Source: a bacterium
GTDB taxonomy: Bacteria > UBA8248
DNA length: 64,000 nucleotides
Direction of reading: 5' to 3'
Assembly: GCA_965200245.1 (NCBI GenBank)
Contig: CBDATS010000002.1
Location: forward strand, 128,001 to 192,000
Below are positions 9,665 through 19,871 of this stretch, piece after piece (positions within the stretch are counted from its first letter, which is position 1; each line of letters opens with the position of its first letter). Under the pieces are notes generated by a model, which had not been told where the DNA came from, ran no database searches, and was given only the letters and a program-made list of their open reading frames with translations. A program made the position numbers and the translations under genes.

Positions 9665-12487
9665 ATGAATTTAGACTATGCACGGGATGTATTTCCCTTC
9701 GTCCAGAAACCTTCACGTTATCTGGGTAACGAAGTGAATTCGGTCCGTAAGGACCTCTCGGGGGTGAAGAACCGTGTCGCCCTCGCCTTCCCGGATACCT
9801 ATGAAGTCGGTATGTCACACAACGGCATCCGCATACTTTACCACCTCCTGAACGAATATGAAGACATCGCCGCTGAGCGGGTTTTTCTCCCCTGGGACGA
9901 TTTCGAGACCATTTTGAGGAGTAAAAATGCGCCCCTAACCACGCTGGAAAGCCGGACCCCGGTCCGGGAGTTCCACGTTCTGGGAATATCGCTTCTCTAT
10001 GAACTGGCCGCCAGCAACGTAGTCTTGCTGCTCGATCTGGCCGGCATCCCCAGACGCCCCGCCCAAAGGCGACGAGAAGACCCGCTCGTCATCGCAGGTG
10101 GGCCCGTGACGTTCAACGTGGAGCCAATGGCGCCTTTTTTCGATGCCGTCGCCCTCGGTGATGGAGAAGAACTCTTCCCAGAGGTAATCAAGGCCCACCA
10201 GAGGTGGAGAGAGACGAGCGCGCCGAGAGAAGCACTACTCGAAATGCTGGAGGAGATTAACGGGATATACGTCCCGAATCGCTATGTGGTCGAACACGAC
10301 CCCGACGGAGAGGTCAAGAACTTCCGCCACATGAGCGGACATCGAAGACCCGTATTGGCGCGGGTGCTAGAGGATTTGAACAATTCGCTCCACCCTACGC
10401 GACCCATCGTTCCCTATACCCAGGTGGTGCACGACCGGGTGACACTTGAGGTGCAGCGTGGATGCACGAGGGGATGCCGCTTCTGCCACGCGGGCATGGT
10501 CTATCGCCCGGTTCGGGATCGGGACCCCCACAAGGTACTCGAGCTCGCCGAGGAATCCCTCAAGAACACGGGCTATGAGGAAATCAGCCTCTCATCGCTT
10601 TGCATTGCTGATTATCAGCCCTTGAAGGGACTCGTTCCCCTGATGATGGAACGTCTCGCCCCCATGCAGACTTCCATCTCTCTGCCCTCACTGCGTGTGG
10701 GGGCGATGAGCCCGGATTTGCTGGCCCAAATTGCGCGCGTACGCCGCACGGGCTTCACACTGGTGCCCGAGGCGGGCAGCGAACGGCTGCGCAACGTCAT
10801 CAACAAGGTATTGACCGAAGCGGACCTGAAGCGAAACCTTCAGGACATCCTTGACACGGGCTGGCCCGGCGTGAAGTTCTATTTCATGCTCGGACTCCCT
10901 ACCGAGAACTTCGACGACTTACAAGAAATGGCCGACATGCTCATGTCCTGCATGAGAATGCGCTCGCGCGAAACGGGCGAGCCTTTTCGCTTCATCAACG
11001 TAAGTCTTTCGACCTTCGTGCCGAAACCCCATACGCCTTTTCAGTGGTTCCCCCAGAACACCAAGGATGAAATCAAGGCGAAACTTGATTTCATCAAGAG
11101 ATCAGTTCCAGACAGGCGGATCAAATTGCACTGGTCAAATCCCAAACATAGTTTTCTGGAGGCGGTCATCTCGAAAGGCGACCGCCGACAGGCGGATGTC
11201 ATCGAGACGGCGGTCGACCTGGGATGCAAGTTCGACGGTTGGATGGAGTTTTTCGACTACGACAAATGGATGGCCGCTTTCCGGGAACATGGCCTCGACC
11301 CGGAATGGTACGCTTACCGAGAAATCCCCGAAGACGCCCCACTTCCGTGGGACCATCTCGACTGCGGCGTAACGAAGGAGTACCAACTCGCTGACTGGAA
11401 ACGTTCCCTGCGTGAGGTCACCATCGGCGACTGTCGCTACGAAGCGTGCGGTCAATGCGGCATTCTGGACAAATACAAGGGCATCAAATACCACTACGAA
11501 AAGCCCATGCCGCTACCGGCTTCTTCACTACCGATCATCAACGGACCGTCACGAACGGACGACGCCATCCGGGCGATGGACCTAGCTCCCGGTCAAGACA
11601 TCGCTCCCTCCGAGCCGGTAGAACTCGCCATCGCCAAGGCGCGACCCGAGGCAAAACACCAAAGACAAAAACGTCGCAAGAGCACCGCTCGTGAACACGG
11701 CCCTGTTCCGGTGGGCTTCGAGGGTGCGCACGACGACAACCCCGGCCTCGCCGAGGAACAACCCGATGCACCCATCCGCAAATTCAGGTTCATCTACGAA
11801 AAATCGGGCGATCTGCGCTTTCTGAGTCATCTGGAAATATTGAGAACCTTCATCCGCGCCATTCAGCGCGCGGGCTACCGTCTGGAACATTCCAGGGGCT
11901 TCAATCCGCACCCGAAGATTGTCTTCTCCCATGCGCTGCCCGTGGGCGTAGAAAGCCGCGCTGAAGTGGTGGATTTCTCGCTATTCGAGGTCGACGGGCA
12001 TATCCGGTTGCGGGATTTATTCAAAAACCTGAAACGGGAGCTTCCACGAGGCTTGAGGCCTCGATCGGGATGGCGCATCGAGGGGAAAACACCTTCATCC
12101 GCCAATGCGCTAAGCGCCGCAACCTATGAAATCATTTTGTCCCGAGAAGATATGAAAACCCATGAAACACCGGATGCCTGGGTCAAATCCACTATCGAAA
12201 AGTTCATGAATGAGGAACACATCGAAATCACCCGCAAGCACAAGGGTAGAATCAAACATTTCGACGCAAGGCCCTCCATCGATCGTTTTACGTTCGAATC
12301 ATCGACAATCACTACCATTCGCCTGCACCTCACGCTACGCTATAGGGATGGCGTGAAACCCAAGGTCACGGAAATACTCGCCAAGTGCTTGGGGCTGACT
12401 CCCGAAGCGTGCCTCAGAACCCGAATCCGGAAAATTTCCGTCTATTGGAGAGCGGGAACCTCCCGCGCGATAGCACATGCCGTCTGA
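9665..12487 (+). CDS. TIGR03960-type B12-binding-like radical SAM protein fused to a C-terminal TIGR03936/DUF2344 domain
   Basis: KPSRYLGNEVN, FPDTYEVGMSH, CxxxCxxC (CTRGCRFC) and FVPKPHTPFQW; C-terminal domain LRFLSHLE...SRGFNPHPKIVFSHALPVGVES. The start could be 9635 or 9665. Confidence 0.9.
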   Translation: MNLDYARDVFPFVQKPSRYLGNEVNSVRKDLSGVKNRVALAFPDTYEVGMSHNGIRILYHLLNEYEDIAAERVFLPWDDFETILRSKNAPLTTLESRTPVREFHVLGISLLYELAASNVVLLLDLAGIPRRPAQRRREDPLVIAGGPVTFNVEPMAPFFDAVALGDGEELFPEVIKAHQRWRETSAPREALLEMLEEINGIYVPNRYVVEHDPDGEVKNFRHMSGHRRPVLARVLEDLNNSLHPTRPIVPYTQVVHDRVTLEVQRGCTRGCRFCHAGMVYRPVRDRDPHKVLELAEESLKNTGYEEISLSSLCIADYQPLKGLVPLMMERLAPMQTSISLPSLRVGAMSPDLLAQIARVRRTGFTLVPEAGSERLRNVINKVLTEADLKRNLQDILDTGWPGVKFYFMLGLPTENFDDLQEMADMLMSCMRMRSRETGEPFRFINVSLSTFVPKPHTPFQWFPQNTKDEIKAKLDFIKRSVPDRRIKLHWSNPKHSFLEAVISKGDRRQADVIETAVDLGCKFDGWMEFFDYDKWMAAFREHGLDPEWYAYREIPEDAPLPWDHLDCGVTKEYQLADWKRSLREVTIGDCRYEACGQCGILDKYKGIKYHYEKPMPLPASSLPIINGPSRTDDAIRAMDLAPGQDIAPSEPVELAIAKARPEAKHQRQKRRKSTAREHGPVPVGFEGAHDDNPGLAEEQPDAPIRKFRFIYEKSGDLRFLSHLEILRTFIRAIQRAGYRLEHSRGFNPHPKIVFSHALPVGVESRAEVVDFSLFEVDGHIRLRDLFKNLKRELPRGLRPRSGWRIEGKTPSSANALSAATYEIILSREDMKTHETPDAWVKSTIEKFMNEEHIEITRKHKGRIKHFDARPSIDRFTFESSTITTIRLHLTLRYRDGVKPKVTEILAKCLGLTPEACLRTRIRKISVYWRAGTSRAIAHAV

Positions 12488-14084
12488 ACTCGTCATCAAT
12501 GCCGAGCCGTTCGAGACGCGTATCGCGCTGCTCGAAAACGGAGTAGCGGCCGAACTCTATATCGAGCGCGAGAGCGGCAAGAGCATCGTCGGTAATATTT
12601 ACAAGGGAAAAGTGACGAAAGTGTTGCCTGGTATGCAAGCGGCTTTCGTGGACATCGGTCTGGAAAAAGCGGGATTTCTATACGTAAGTGATGTGGACAC
12701 CATCGAGTCCATCGAAAATTACCGCAAACTTGCAGCCGAGCAGGCAGATGACGACGATGACCTCGAATTCGAGGGCAACGACTTCAGTAACGGGGACGAA
12801 CACGAAGACAACAAGGACGAGCAGCAAAACGGCTCGCATCGAAACCTTATTGGAAGACGCCCGCGCCGCTGGGAGGGAGAACGCCACATCGAGAACCTGC
12901 TCAGGGACGGCCAGGATGTCATCGTCCAGGTCAGCAAGGAACCCCTTGGCACCAAAGGCTCTCGCCTGACCAGCTACGTCACCCTGCCGGGCCGGTACGT
13001 GGTTTACATGCCCACTATCAAGCAGATCGGTATCAGCAGGCGAATCGACAACGAAGAGGAACGGAAACGACTAAAGAAACTGGTCCGCAAGCATCGTCAG
13101 CCGGGAGCCGGATACATCGTCCGCACTGCCAGTGAAGCTATGCCGGCCCAGGATATCGAGGCCAACGTGAACTTCCTGCACGCACTATGGGAAGACATTC
13201 TGCTCAAGAACGAATCGGCTTCTGCCCCATCCCGAATTCACATGAATTTGAATATCATTGAGCGGACCGTGAGGGATTTGTTCAATTCCAGCGTCGAAAG
13301 AATGATCATCGACGACAAGGGACAATACCTCAAGACCAGGGAATTCCTCAAAAACTATTACCTGCATCTCGTCCCCAAACTACAGCACTACGACGGCGAT
13401 GAACCGATATTCGATTATTTCGGTGTCGAACTCGAACTCGAACGCGCGCTCGGGCAACGCGTTTGGCTGAGAAACGGTGGTTACATCGTGATCGACCAGA
13501 CAGAGGCGCTTACGACCATAGACGTCAACACCGGGCGGTTCGTAGGAAAGAAGAGCCCCGAGGAAACGATTCTCGAAACCAATCTCGAAGCGGTGCGCGA
13601 AATCGTAGCCCAATTGCGCCTTCGTAACCTGGGCGGAATCATTATCGTCGATTTCATCGATATGGAGAAGGAAGAGAACAAGGAGAAGGTGTTCAACTCT
13701 TTTAAGGAGGAACTCCGAAAGGACCGCTCGCGTACCAACATCCTGAAAATAAGCGAACTCGGGCTCGTCGAAATGACCCGGAAACGCGTCCGCGACAGCA
13801 TCCAGAGAACGCTCTGCACCGCATGCCCATATTGCGAGGGACGCGGACAGGTGAAATCCGCAATCTCGGTGAGCTATGAAGCTATGCGGGAAGTGCGACG
13901 GATGAGGAGAGCACATAAAGATGCCTCAAAATTCCTCATCAACGTCCACCCCGAGGTCGTGGACATCCTCCTTGATGAGGAAAGAAGGAACGTAGAAGAG
14001 CTTGAAAGCCTGCTCAACATACAGCTCGTCATCAAAGGCGACGCCGAACTGCATCGCGAAGGCTTCGAAGTCGTCCGGCTGTAA
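12477..14084 (+). CDS. rng: Ribonuclease G (Rne/Rng family)
   Basis: GNIYKGKVTKVLPGMQAAFVDIG, TEALTTIDVNTG, GGIIIVDFIDM, Zn-link CPYCEGRG; no long RNase E scaffold. Confidence 0.93.
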   Translation: MPSELVINAEPFETRIALLENGVAAELYIERESGKSIVGNIYKGKVTKVLPGMQAAFVDIGLEKAGFLYVSDVDTIESIENYRKLAAEQADDDDDLEFEGNDFSNGDEHEDNKDEQQNGSHRNLIGRRPRRWEGERHIENLLRDGQDVIVQVSKEPLGTKGSRLTSYVTLPGRYVVYMPTIKQIGISRRIDNEEERKRLKKLVRKHRQPGAGYIVRTASEAMPAQDIEANVNFLHALWEDILLKNESASAPSRIHMNLNIIERTVRDLFNSSVERMIIDDKGQYLKTREFLKNYYLHLVPKLQHYDGDEPIFDYFGVELELERALGQRVWLRNGGYIVIDQTEALTTIDVNTGRFVGKKSPEETILETNLEAVREIVAQLRLRNLGGIIIVDFIDMEKEENKEKVFNSFKEELRKDRSRTNILKISELGLVEMTRKRVRDSIQRTLCTACPYCEGRGQVKSAISVSYEAMREVRRMRRAHKDASKFLINVHPEVVDILLDEERRNVEELESLLNIQLVIKGDAELHREGFEVVRL

Positions 14085-14134
14085 CGAGGTGTCCTGCTTT
14101 TTTTGATAATTCTGCCGTACCGAGGATAGACGAT

Positions 14135-14947
14135 ATGTGGCGAAGTGCTTGCGCATTAACATTCGCTATTTTCGCGGCGGGATGCACCAATTTCTCCCTA
14201 CTTGATTCAGGATCCGATCCGGAAGAAGCACACAAGAACGTTTCCGAGAGCAAAGAACTGGAGAAGGAATTCCTGTCCGCGAAGGAGCGCAACGCGCGCC
14301 TTGAGGGCCAGATTGCTGAATCCCTCAGGAAAGTCGAAACACTCACCCGGGAAATTCGTGACCTGCAGAAGAAAGAAACCGCCATGGAAGGCGCCATGGA
14401 ACGCTTGAGCCGAGAAAACGTCATGAAAAAGATATTCCCGACCACCCCTTCCCGACAAAAAAGGATGTGGTCGCCCAGGCGGCCATCGTCTCACATACCC
14501 TCTCCCCGGAAGGGCGACGCAACAGCGAACAAGCAAAGGGTTGCTTCCACTACCCCACAGGATCTTTACAACAAATCATACCGCGCAGTCCGGGATGGAA
14601 AGAGTGGCGAAGCCATTCGCGGATTTCGTCTTTTCTTGCGCCTGTTTCCCAACAGTCAGTTGGCGGGCCATTCGCAGTACTGGCTCGGAGAAGCTTACTA
14701 CGCTCTCAAGCAATACCCTGAGGCGCTGGTTGAGTTTCAGAATCTCATCACGAACTACCCCGGAAGCCGTAAAGTTCCCGACGCTTATTACAAGCGGGGA
14801 CTTACATATGTCCGGCGCGGATTTCCCCTCATCGCCACGCTTGAATTCGAAAAACTGCTCGAAAAATATCCCTCGCATCCTCTTTCGAAAAAGGCAAAAG
14901 TCCAACTTCAAAACCTTGAACATTACACTGGAAAAAAGCTCCGGTGA
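14135..14947 (+). CDS. CpoB/YbgF-like lipoprotein (coiled coil plus TPR)
   Basis: Lipobox FAAGC, coiled-coil region, and YbgF-type TPR (FPNSQLAGHSQYWLGEAYY, YPGSRKVPDAYYKRG). Confidence 0.8.
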   Translation: MWRSACALTFAIFAAGCTNFSLLDSGSDPEEAHKNVSESKELEKEFLSAKERNARLEGQIAESLRKVETLTREIRDLQKKETAMEGAMERLSRENVMKKIFPTTPSRQKRMWSPRRPSSHIPSPRKGDATANKQRVASTTPQDLYNKSYRAVRDGKSGEAIRGFRLFLRLFPNSQLAGHSQYWLGEAYYALKQYPEALVEFQNLITNYPGSRKVPDAYYKRGLTYVRRGFPLIATLEFEKLLEKYPSHPLSKKAKVQLQNLEHYTGKKLR

Positions 14948-15031
14948 AAACACATCGCCCGGTCATATTTCATGGTTAAATTCGAGACACGGACCCCCAT
15001 GTTATTGGCCTATGATGCACCCCCCCGGATC

Positions 15032-15930
15032 GTGAATGAGAACCTGAAATCCTTTGCCGCGCTCAATTCATCGGATATTCCTGGAACGAAGCCGAATGGC
15101 TGGCTCGTCTTACGAATTCTGTCGCAGGCTGAGCACTCAAATCGGCTGCCGGAATTGTTTGAAAATCCTACGGAAGCTTTTGAGTCTCCATCCGACGTAT
15201 CGAGCGATTCGCGGCCGTTAAAGCCCTTGAAGTTCTGGAGAAGAAGTTTCCCTCGATTTGTCTGCCAAAATCCATCGAGAGGCATCAAAAACAGATACAG
15301 GAATCATTACGCACGATTCCACCCAGCATCCAGATCCCCCGCCTGACATTTGCACCCCGCCCGGCACACTCTTCACCAAAGGAGAAATATCGACGTCGGG
15401 CAGTTCGCCGTCACGATTTTCGGCATGCGACGCCTGAAGGACTACGGAAGGCGGGTGGCGAGGCAGCTTGTAGCCCAATTCGCCAGAAAGGACGTCACTG
15501 TCATGAGCGGAATGGCCCAGAGAGTCGACGCGTAAGCCCATTATGCTCACGCTCAAAAAGGGGGGAGAATCATCACCGCGCTCGACTCCGGATTTACACA
15601 GAACTACCCGGTGGAGCATAAGAAACTCAGATGCAAGATCGACACCTCCTCAAAGAGGGTGCACATCTGATAGAATGGAAAACGTGGACGATATCGTTAA
15701 CGCTCTTCCAGAGTACGCCCGAAATATGCTAGATAATCCAGCGCAGATTCGAGTGAGGGGATTGGGGCCTGAAAAACTGAAGGCAAAGAGGCTCCAGAGG
15801 TGGTAGCGCTCCTCAACCTCACGATTGTATGAATGGGTCCCATGATGAACCGGCTGGCTCGCTACTAGATGAGGAATTACCAACTTGACCAACCGCCTCT
15901 GCAAGGCGCTGCCGATAGGGAATCGAAAAA
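15032..15930 (+). pseudogene. dprA: Decayed DNA-processing protein DprA (boundaries approximate)
   Basis: DprA-like segments lie in different frames: GIITHDSTQHP...PPGTLFTKGEI (15300-15389); AVTIFGMRRLKDYGRRVARQLV...VTVMSGMAQRVDA*AH...GGRIITALDSG...YPVEHKKL with TAA at 15533-15535; then HLLKEGAHLI / ENVDDIVNAL. It sits in the canonical position upstream of topA. Confidence 0.88.
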
Positions 15931-16002
15931 CGACTACCGCCCCCCTGGAAATTCCACCTGCAGACGACGCTCCGTGCAGCAATCCGCAGGAATGAGAAAT
16001 AC

Positions 16003-18552
16003 ATGACTGACCAGAAAATCTCGAAAAACGCGCGTTTGAAACAAGCCTCTGCAAGGAGCAAATCACGCAATCGCTCCTCCCGAAGTGCAAAAAGCGGGAG
16101 CCCCGCCTCGAAACTCCTCATCGTGGAATCGCCGACAAAGGTGCGCACCATCCAGAAATTCCTTGGGCCCGATTTCGACATTCTCGCGTCACAGGGCCAT
16201 GTGCGGGACCTTAGAAAAACAGGCGAGCGCAAAATGGGAATAGATGTTCATAACGATTTCAAGGCAGACTACGGCGTTATTCAGAAAAAATCGAAGACCA
16301 TCGACCAGTTGCGCAAGGCGGCCACGGCGGCGAAGGAGATATATCTCGCTCCGGACCCAGACAGAGAGGGCGAGGCAATCGCCTGGCATATCCAGGAACT
16401 ACTCGAGGGTTCAGGGGCCGACAACGAATTCTACCGTGTGACGTTCAACGAAATCACGAAACGCGCGGTACAGGAAGCACTCTCGAAACCAAGACGAATC
16501 GACCAGAAGAAAGTGGATGCGCAAGAAACACGCAGAAAACTCGACAGAATCGTGGGCTTCAAACTCTCCGGCGAAATACTCTGGAACAAGGTCGCATTCG
16601 GCCTAAGCGCGGGTCGCGTGCAGTCGGTCGCGCTGAAACTGGTTTGCGAGCGCGAAGACGCGATTGAAGCCTCCGAACCGAAAGAATACTGGAGTATTAC
16701 GGCGCATCTGGAAAAAAGAGGCTCCGAGCCCCCCTTCGAAGCCAAATTGTTCCGAATCGACGGAAAAGAAGCGGAAATACCGGACGAATCCAACGCGATG
16801 ACACTGGCGAAGAAAATAGCGTTTAGCACCTTGAGAGTTTCCAGGGTCGAGAAAAAAGAACGTCGCCGCAGGCCGCTCGCGCCTTTCATCACCAGCACAC
16901 TGCAGCAGGAAAGCTCCAGCAAACTGCGCTATGGCGCAAAGAAGACCATGAGTATCGCCCAGTCGTTGTACGAAGGGGTGAACTTGGGGCGCAAAATGGG
17001 AAATATCGGCCTCATCACCTATATGAGGACGGATTCCGTGCGCCTCTCACCCGAAGCTGTCGCAACGGCGCGAGCCTATATCGAAACAGAATATGGGCAT
17101 GACTACCTCCCCCAAAAACCCAACGTCTTCAAAACGAGAGAGACTGCCCAGGACGCGCACGAAGCGATTCGGCCCACCGACGTTGGACTCACGCCCGAGA
17201 AGGTGCGCGCTTACCTGAAACCGGAACTATACGCTCTTTACAGTCTCATCTGGCGGCGCTTCCTCGCGAGCCAAATGACGCCCGCCGTCTTCAGCCAGAC
17301 GAGCGTGGACATCACGCCCGACCACCACCCAAAGAATGAGGAATTTCTTTTGCGAGCGAGCGGTTCCGTTTTGAAGTTCAATGGTTTCCTGAGGGCATAC
17401 CAAGACGACCCCGAAGCGGGGAAAGATGCGGACTCCCAGAAAGCCGGCGCGTCCAACTCCGGGCAGGATAGACTCCTGCCACCTCTTGAGGACGGCGACC
17501 CCCTGTTATTCGTCAACTCCGAAGCCGCGCCCACCGGGGTCGTCGCAGAGCAGCACTTCACCCAACCCCCGCCTCGCTACACAGAAGCCTCGCTGGTGAA
17601 AGAACTCGAAGAAGACGGTGTGGGCCGCCCGAGCACCTACGCCAGCATACTGGACACCCTGGAAAAGCGAAAATACGTCAGCATCGAGAGAAAGCGCAGG
17701 CAGTTCACCCCCACCTCGCTCGGCAGGGAAGTCAATCGTCTACTCATCCAGGGCTTTCCCGATCAGATCGACGTGGGCTTCACAGCGAAGATGGAAAAAT
17801 ATCTCGATGACATCGAGGACGGGACGACGTCGTGGCTACCCGTGATGAGAGATTTTTATGACAACTTCGACAGGAAAATTCAGATAGCAAAAAAGGAACT
17901 GCCGAACCTCAAGACCTCGGGAGAGCCAATCGGCAGAAATTGCCCCGAATGCGAGCGTGAATTGGTGAAAAAATTCAGCAAGAACGGCTGGTTCATCTCC
18001 TGTTCGGGATATCCGGGCTGCCGGTACTCGGAGAACATTCCCACCGAAAGCGAGCCCGATCCGGAAGAGACACAGGAGATGGCCCGCATCGAGGAAGTCG
18101 CCCAGCCATGTGAAGAGTGCGGTGCGCCGATGCAGGCGAAACGAGGACCGTACGGGATATACCTCTCCTGCACGGCGTTTCCCGATGCACACAGAAAGAG
18201 GAAAGCACTCGGCAACGGACAGGCCGCCACCGTCCCCAAGCCTACAGGCGTATCCTGTCCTACAGATGGCTGCGACGGAGAACTTGTGGAGCGGCGCTCC
18301 CGCCGCACCGGGAAGCCCTTTTTCGGGTGCAGCCGCTTTCCGGCATGCAAAACGGCTGTCTGGGATTGGCCCGTAGCGCAACCCTGTCCTTCCTGCGGTA
18401 ACTCCATCCTCACCATCAAAACGACCAAAAAGAATGGGGCCAAGCTTGTTTGCTCACAAAAAAATTGCGGATATACGGCAGAATGTCCTCCTGAACTCAC
18501 TGAGCGGATGGAAGTCTCGAAATCCACTCCCCCCCAGGAGGCCTCGGCTTGA
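16003..18552 (+). CDS. topA: DNA topoisomerase I with C-terminal zinc ribbons
   Basis: IVESPTK, PDPDREGEAI, SAGRVQS, catalytic GLITYMRTDS, QDAHEAIRPT, and four Cys-ribbon repeats. Confidence 0.97.
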   Translation: MTDQKISKNARLKQASARSKSRNRSSRSAKSGSPASKLLIVESPTKVRTIQKFLGPDFDILASQGHVRDLRKTGERKMGIDVHNDFKADYGVIQKKSKTIDQLRKAATAAKEIYLAPDPDREGEAIAWHIQELLEGSGADNEFYRVTFNEITKRAVQEALSKPRRIDQKKVDAQETRRKLDRIVGFKLSGEILWNKVAFGLSAGRVQSVALKLVCEREDAIEASEPKEYWSITAHLEKRGSEPPFEAKLFRIDGKEAEIPDESNAMTLAKKIAFSTLRVSRVEKKERRRRPLAPFITSTLQQESSSKLRYGAKKTMSIAQSLYEGVNLGRKMGNIGLITYMRTDSVRLSPEAVATARAYIETEYGHDYLPQKPNVFKTRETAQDAHEAIRPTDVGLTPEKVRAYLKPELYALYSLIWRRFLASQMTPAVFSQTSVDITPDHHPKNEEFLLRASGSVLKFNGFLRAYQDDPEAGKDADSQKAGASNSGQDRLLPPLEDGDPLLFVNSEAAPTGVVAEQHFTQPPPRYTEASLVKELEEDGVGRPSTYASILDTLEKRKYVSIERKRRQFTPTSLGREVNRLLIQGFPDQIDVGFTAKMEKYLDDIEDGTTSWLPVMRDFYDNFDRKIQIAKKELPNLKTSGEPIGRNCPECERELVKKFSKNGWFISCSGYPGCRYSENIPTESEPDPEETQEMARIEEVAQPCEECGAPMQAKRGPYGIYLSCTAFPDAHRKRKALGNGQAATVPKPTGVSCPTDGCDGELVERRSRRTGKPFFGCSRFPACKTAVWDWPVAQPCPSCGNSILTIKTTKKNGAKLVCSQKNCGYTAECPPELTERMEVSKSTPPQEASA

Positions 18553-19871
18553 GTGACAGACTGCGGATCATCGGCGGCGGACTGGCGGGTTGTGAAGCCG
18601 CTTGGCAAGCGGCCAAACGAGGCATCGAGGTCGACCTCTACGAGATGCGACCCAGCAAGAAAACAGCCGCGCATGAAACCAGCGGTTTGGCTGAACTCGT
18701 CTGCTCGAATTCGTTCCGTTCGAACTCCATGGAAAACGCCTCCGGCTTGCTCAAGGAAGAAATGCGAAAGCTCGACTCAATCATCTTGCGGGGCGCCGAT
18801 TCCTGTCGGGTTCCCGCAGGGTTGGCATTGGCCGTCGATCGGACGTCTTTCAGCAAAGCGATCACCGAAGCGATCGAAAACGACCCACGAATCACAGTCT
18901 ACAGGGAAGAAGTCGGGAATTTGGAGGATAAAATCCTCACCATCGTCGCCACCGGCCCACTTACAAGCGATTCCCTCTCCGCAGAAATCGCCCGCCTCAC
19001 ACAGGGCAAATACCTCTATTTCTACGATGCCATCTCGCCTATCCTGCACGCGGACAGCATCGACATGTCGGTGGCTTTCAACTGCTCGCGTTACGGAAAA
19101 GGCAACGAAGGCGACTATCTCAACTTGGGCCTCAACGAATCGCAGTATTACCAATTCGTCGAGGATTTGCTCGCCGGCGAGAAAATACCTCTACGCGAAT
19201 TCGAACGCGCCATCTATTTCGAAGGCTGCCTCCCTGTCGAAGAAATGGCCGCGAGGGGAAAGGACACGCTTGCCTTCGGACCGATGAAGCCCGTGGGTCT
19301 CGAACATCCTGAAACGGGAGAGACGTACTGCGCGGTCGCCCAACTCAGGCGAGAGGATTTAACGGGAGATTACTTCTCCATGGTGGGCTTTCAGACCAGA
19401 TTGCGGTACCCCGAACAAAAGCGTATCTTCTCGACACTGCCCGCACTCGAGAATGTTCGCTTTTTGCGCTACGGAAGCCTGCACCGAAACACCTACATCA
19501 ACGCACCGCGCCTGATGCGGATAACCCTGCAACTCAAGCGCCACCCGCATATATTCATGGCGGGTCAGCTCACGGGTGTGGAAGGATACCTTGAATCGGC
19601 AGCCATCGGCTTGATCGCCGGAATGAATGCGGCCGCACTTATCCAGGGAGAACCCATCGCTCCCCCGCCCGCGACGACAGCGCTCGGCGCCCTGAATCAC
19701 TACATCATCGAGGCGAATCCGAGAAACTTCCAGCCCATGAACATTAACTACGGCCTGTTCTCGCCCCTGGAAAAACGTGTCCCAAAGAAATTCAGGAAAA
19801 GACACGTCACGAAACGCGCTATCGAGGATCTGGAGCAATGGCAAAGCAGACTCGCCTCACCAACAGCCTGA
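18549..19871 (+). CDS. trmFO: tRNA m5U54 methyltransferase TrmFO
   Basis: GGGLAGCEAA, AELVCSNS, FEGCLPVE, FGPMKPVG and GQLTGVEGY motifs; TTG start overlapping topA. Confidence 0.96.
   Translation: MSDRLRIIGGGLAGCEAAWQAAKRGIEVDLYEMRPSKKTAAHETSGLAELVCSNSFRSNSMENASGLLKEEMRKLDSIILRGADSCRVPAGLALAVDRTSFSKAITEAIENDPRITVYREEVGNLEDKILTIVATGPLTSDSLSAEIARLTQGKYLYFYDAISPILHADSIDMSVAFNCSRYGKGNEGDYLNLGLNESQYYQFVEDLLAGEKIPLREFERAIYFEGCLPVEEMAARGKDTLAFGPMKPVGLEHPETGETYCAVAQLRREDLTGDYFSMVGFQTRLRYPEQKRIFSTLPALENVRFLRYGSLHRNTYINAPRLMRITLQLKRHPHIFMAGQLTGVEGYLESAAIGLIAGMNAAALIQGEPIAPPPATTALGALNHYIIEANPRNFQPMNINYGLFSPLEKRVPKKFRKRHVTKRAIEDLEQWQSRLASPTA

Noticed and set aside
7885-12487. Radical SAM protein as the anaerobic maturase (anSME) of the neighbouring sulfatase
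   Set aside because: Its motifs are TIGR03960/03936-type, not the SPASM-domain anSME family; the adjacency is better explained by insertion of the sulfatase.
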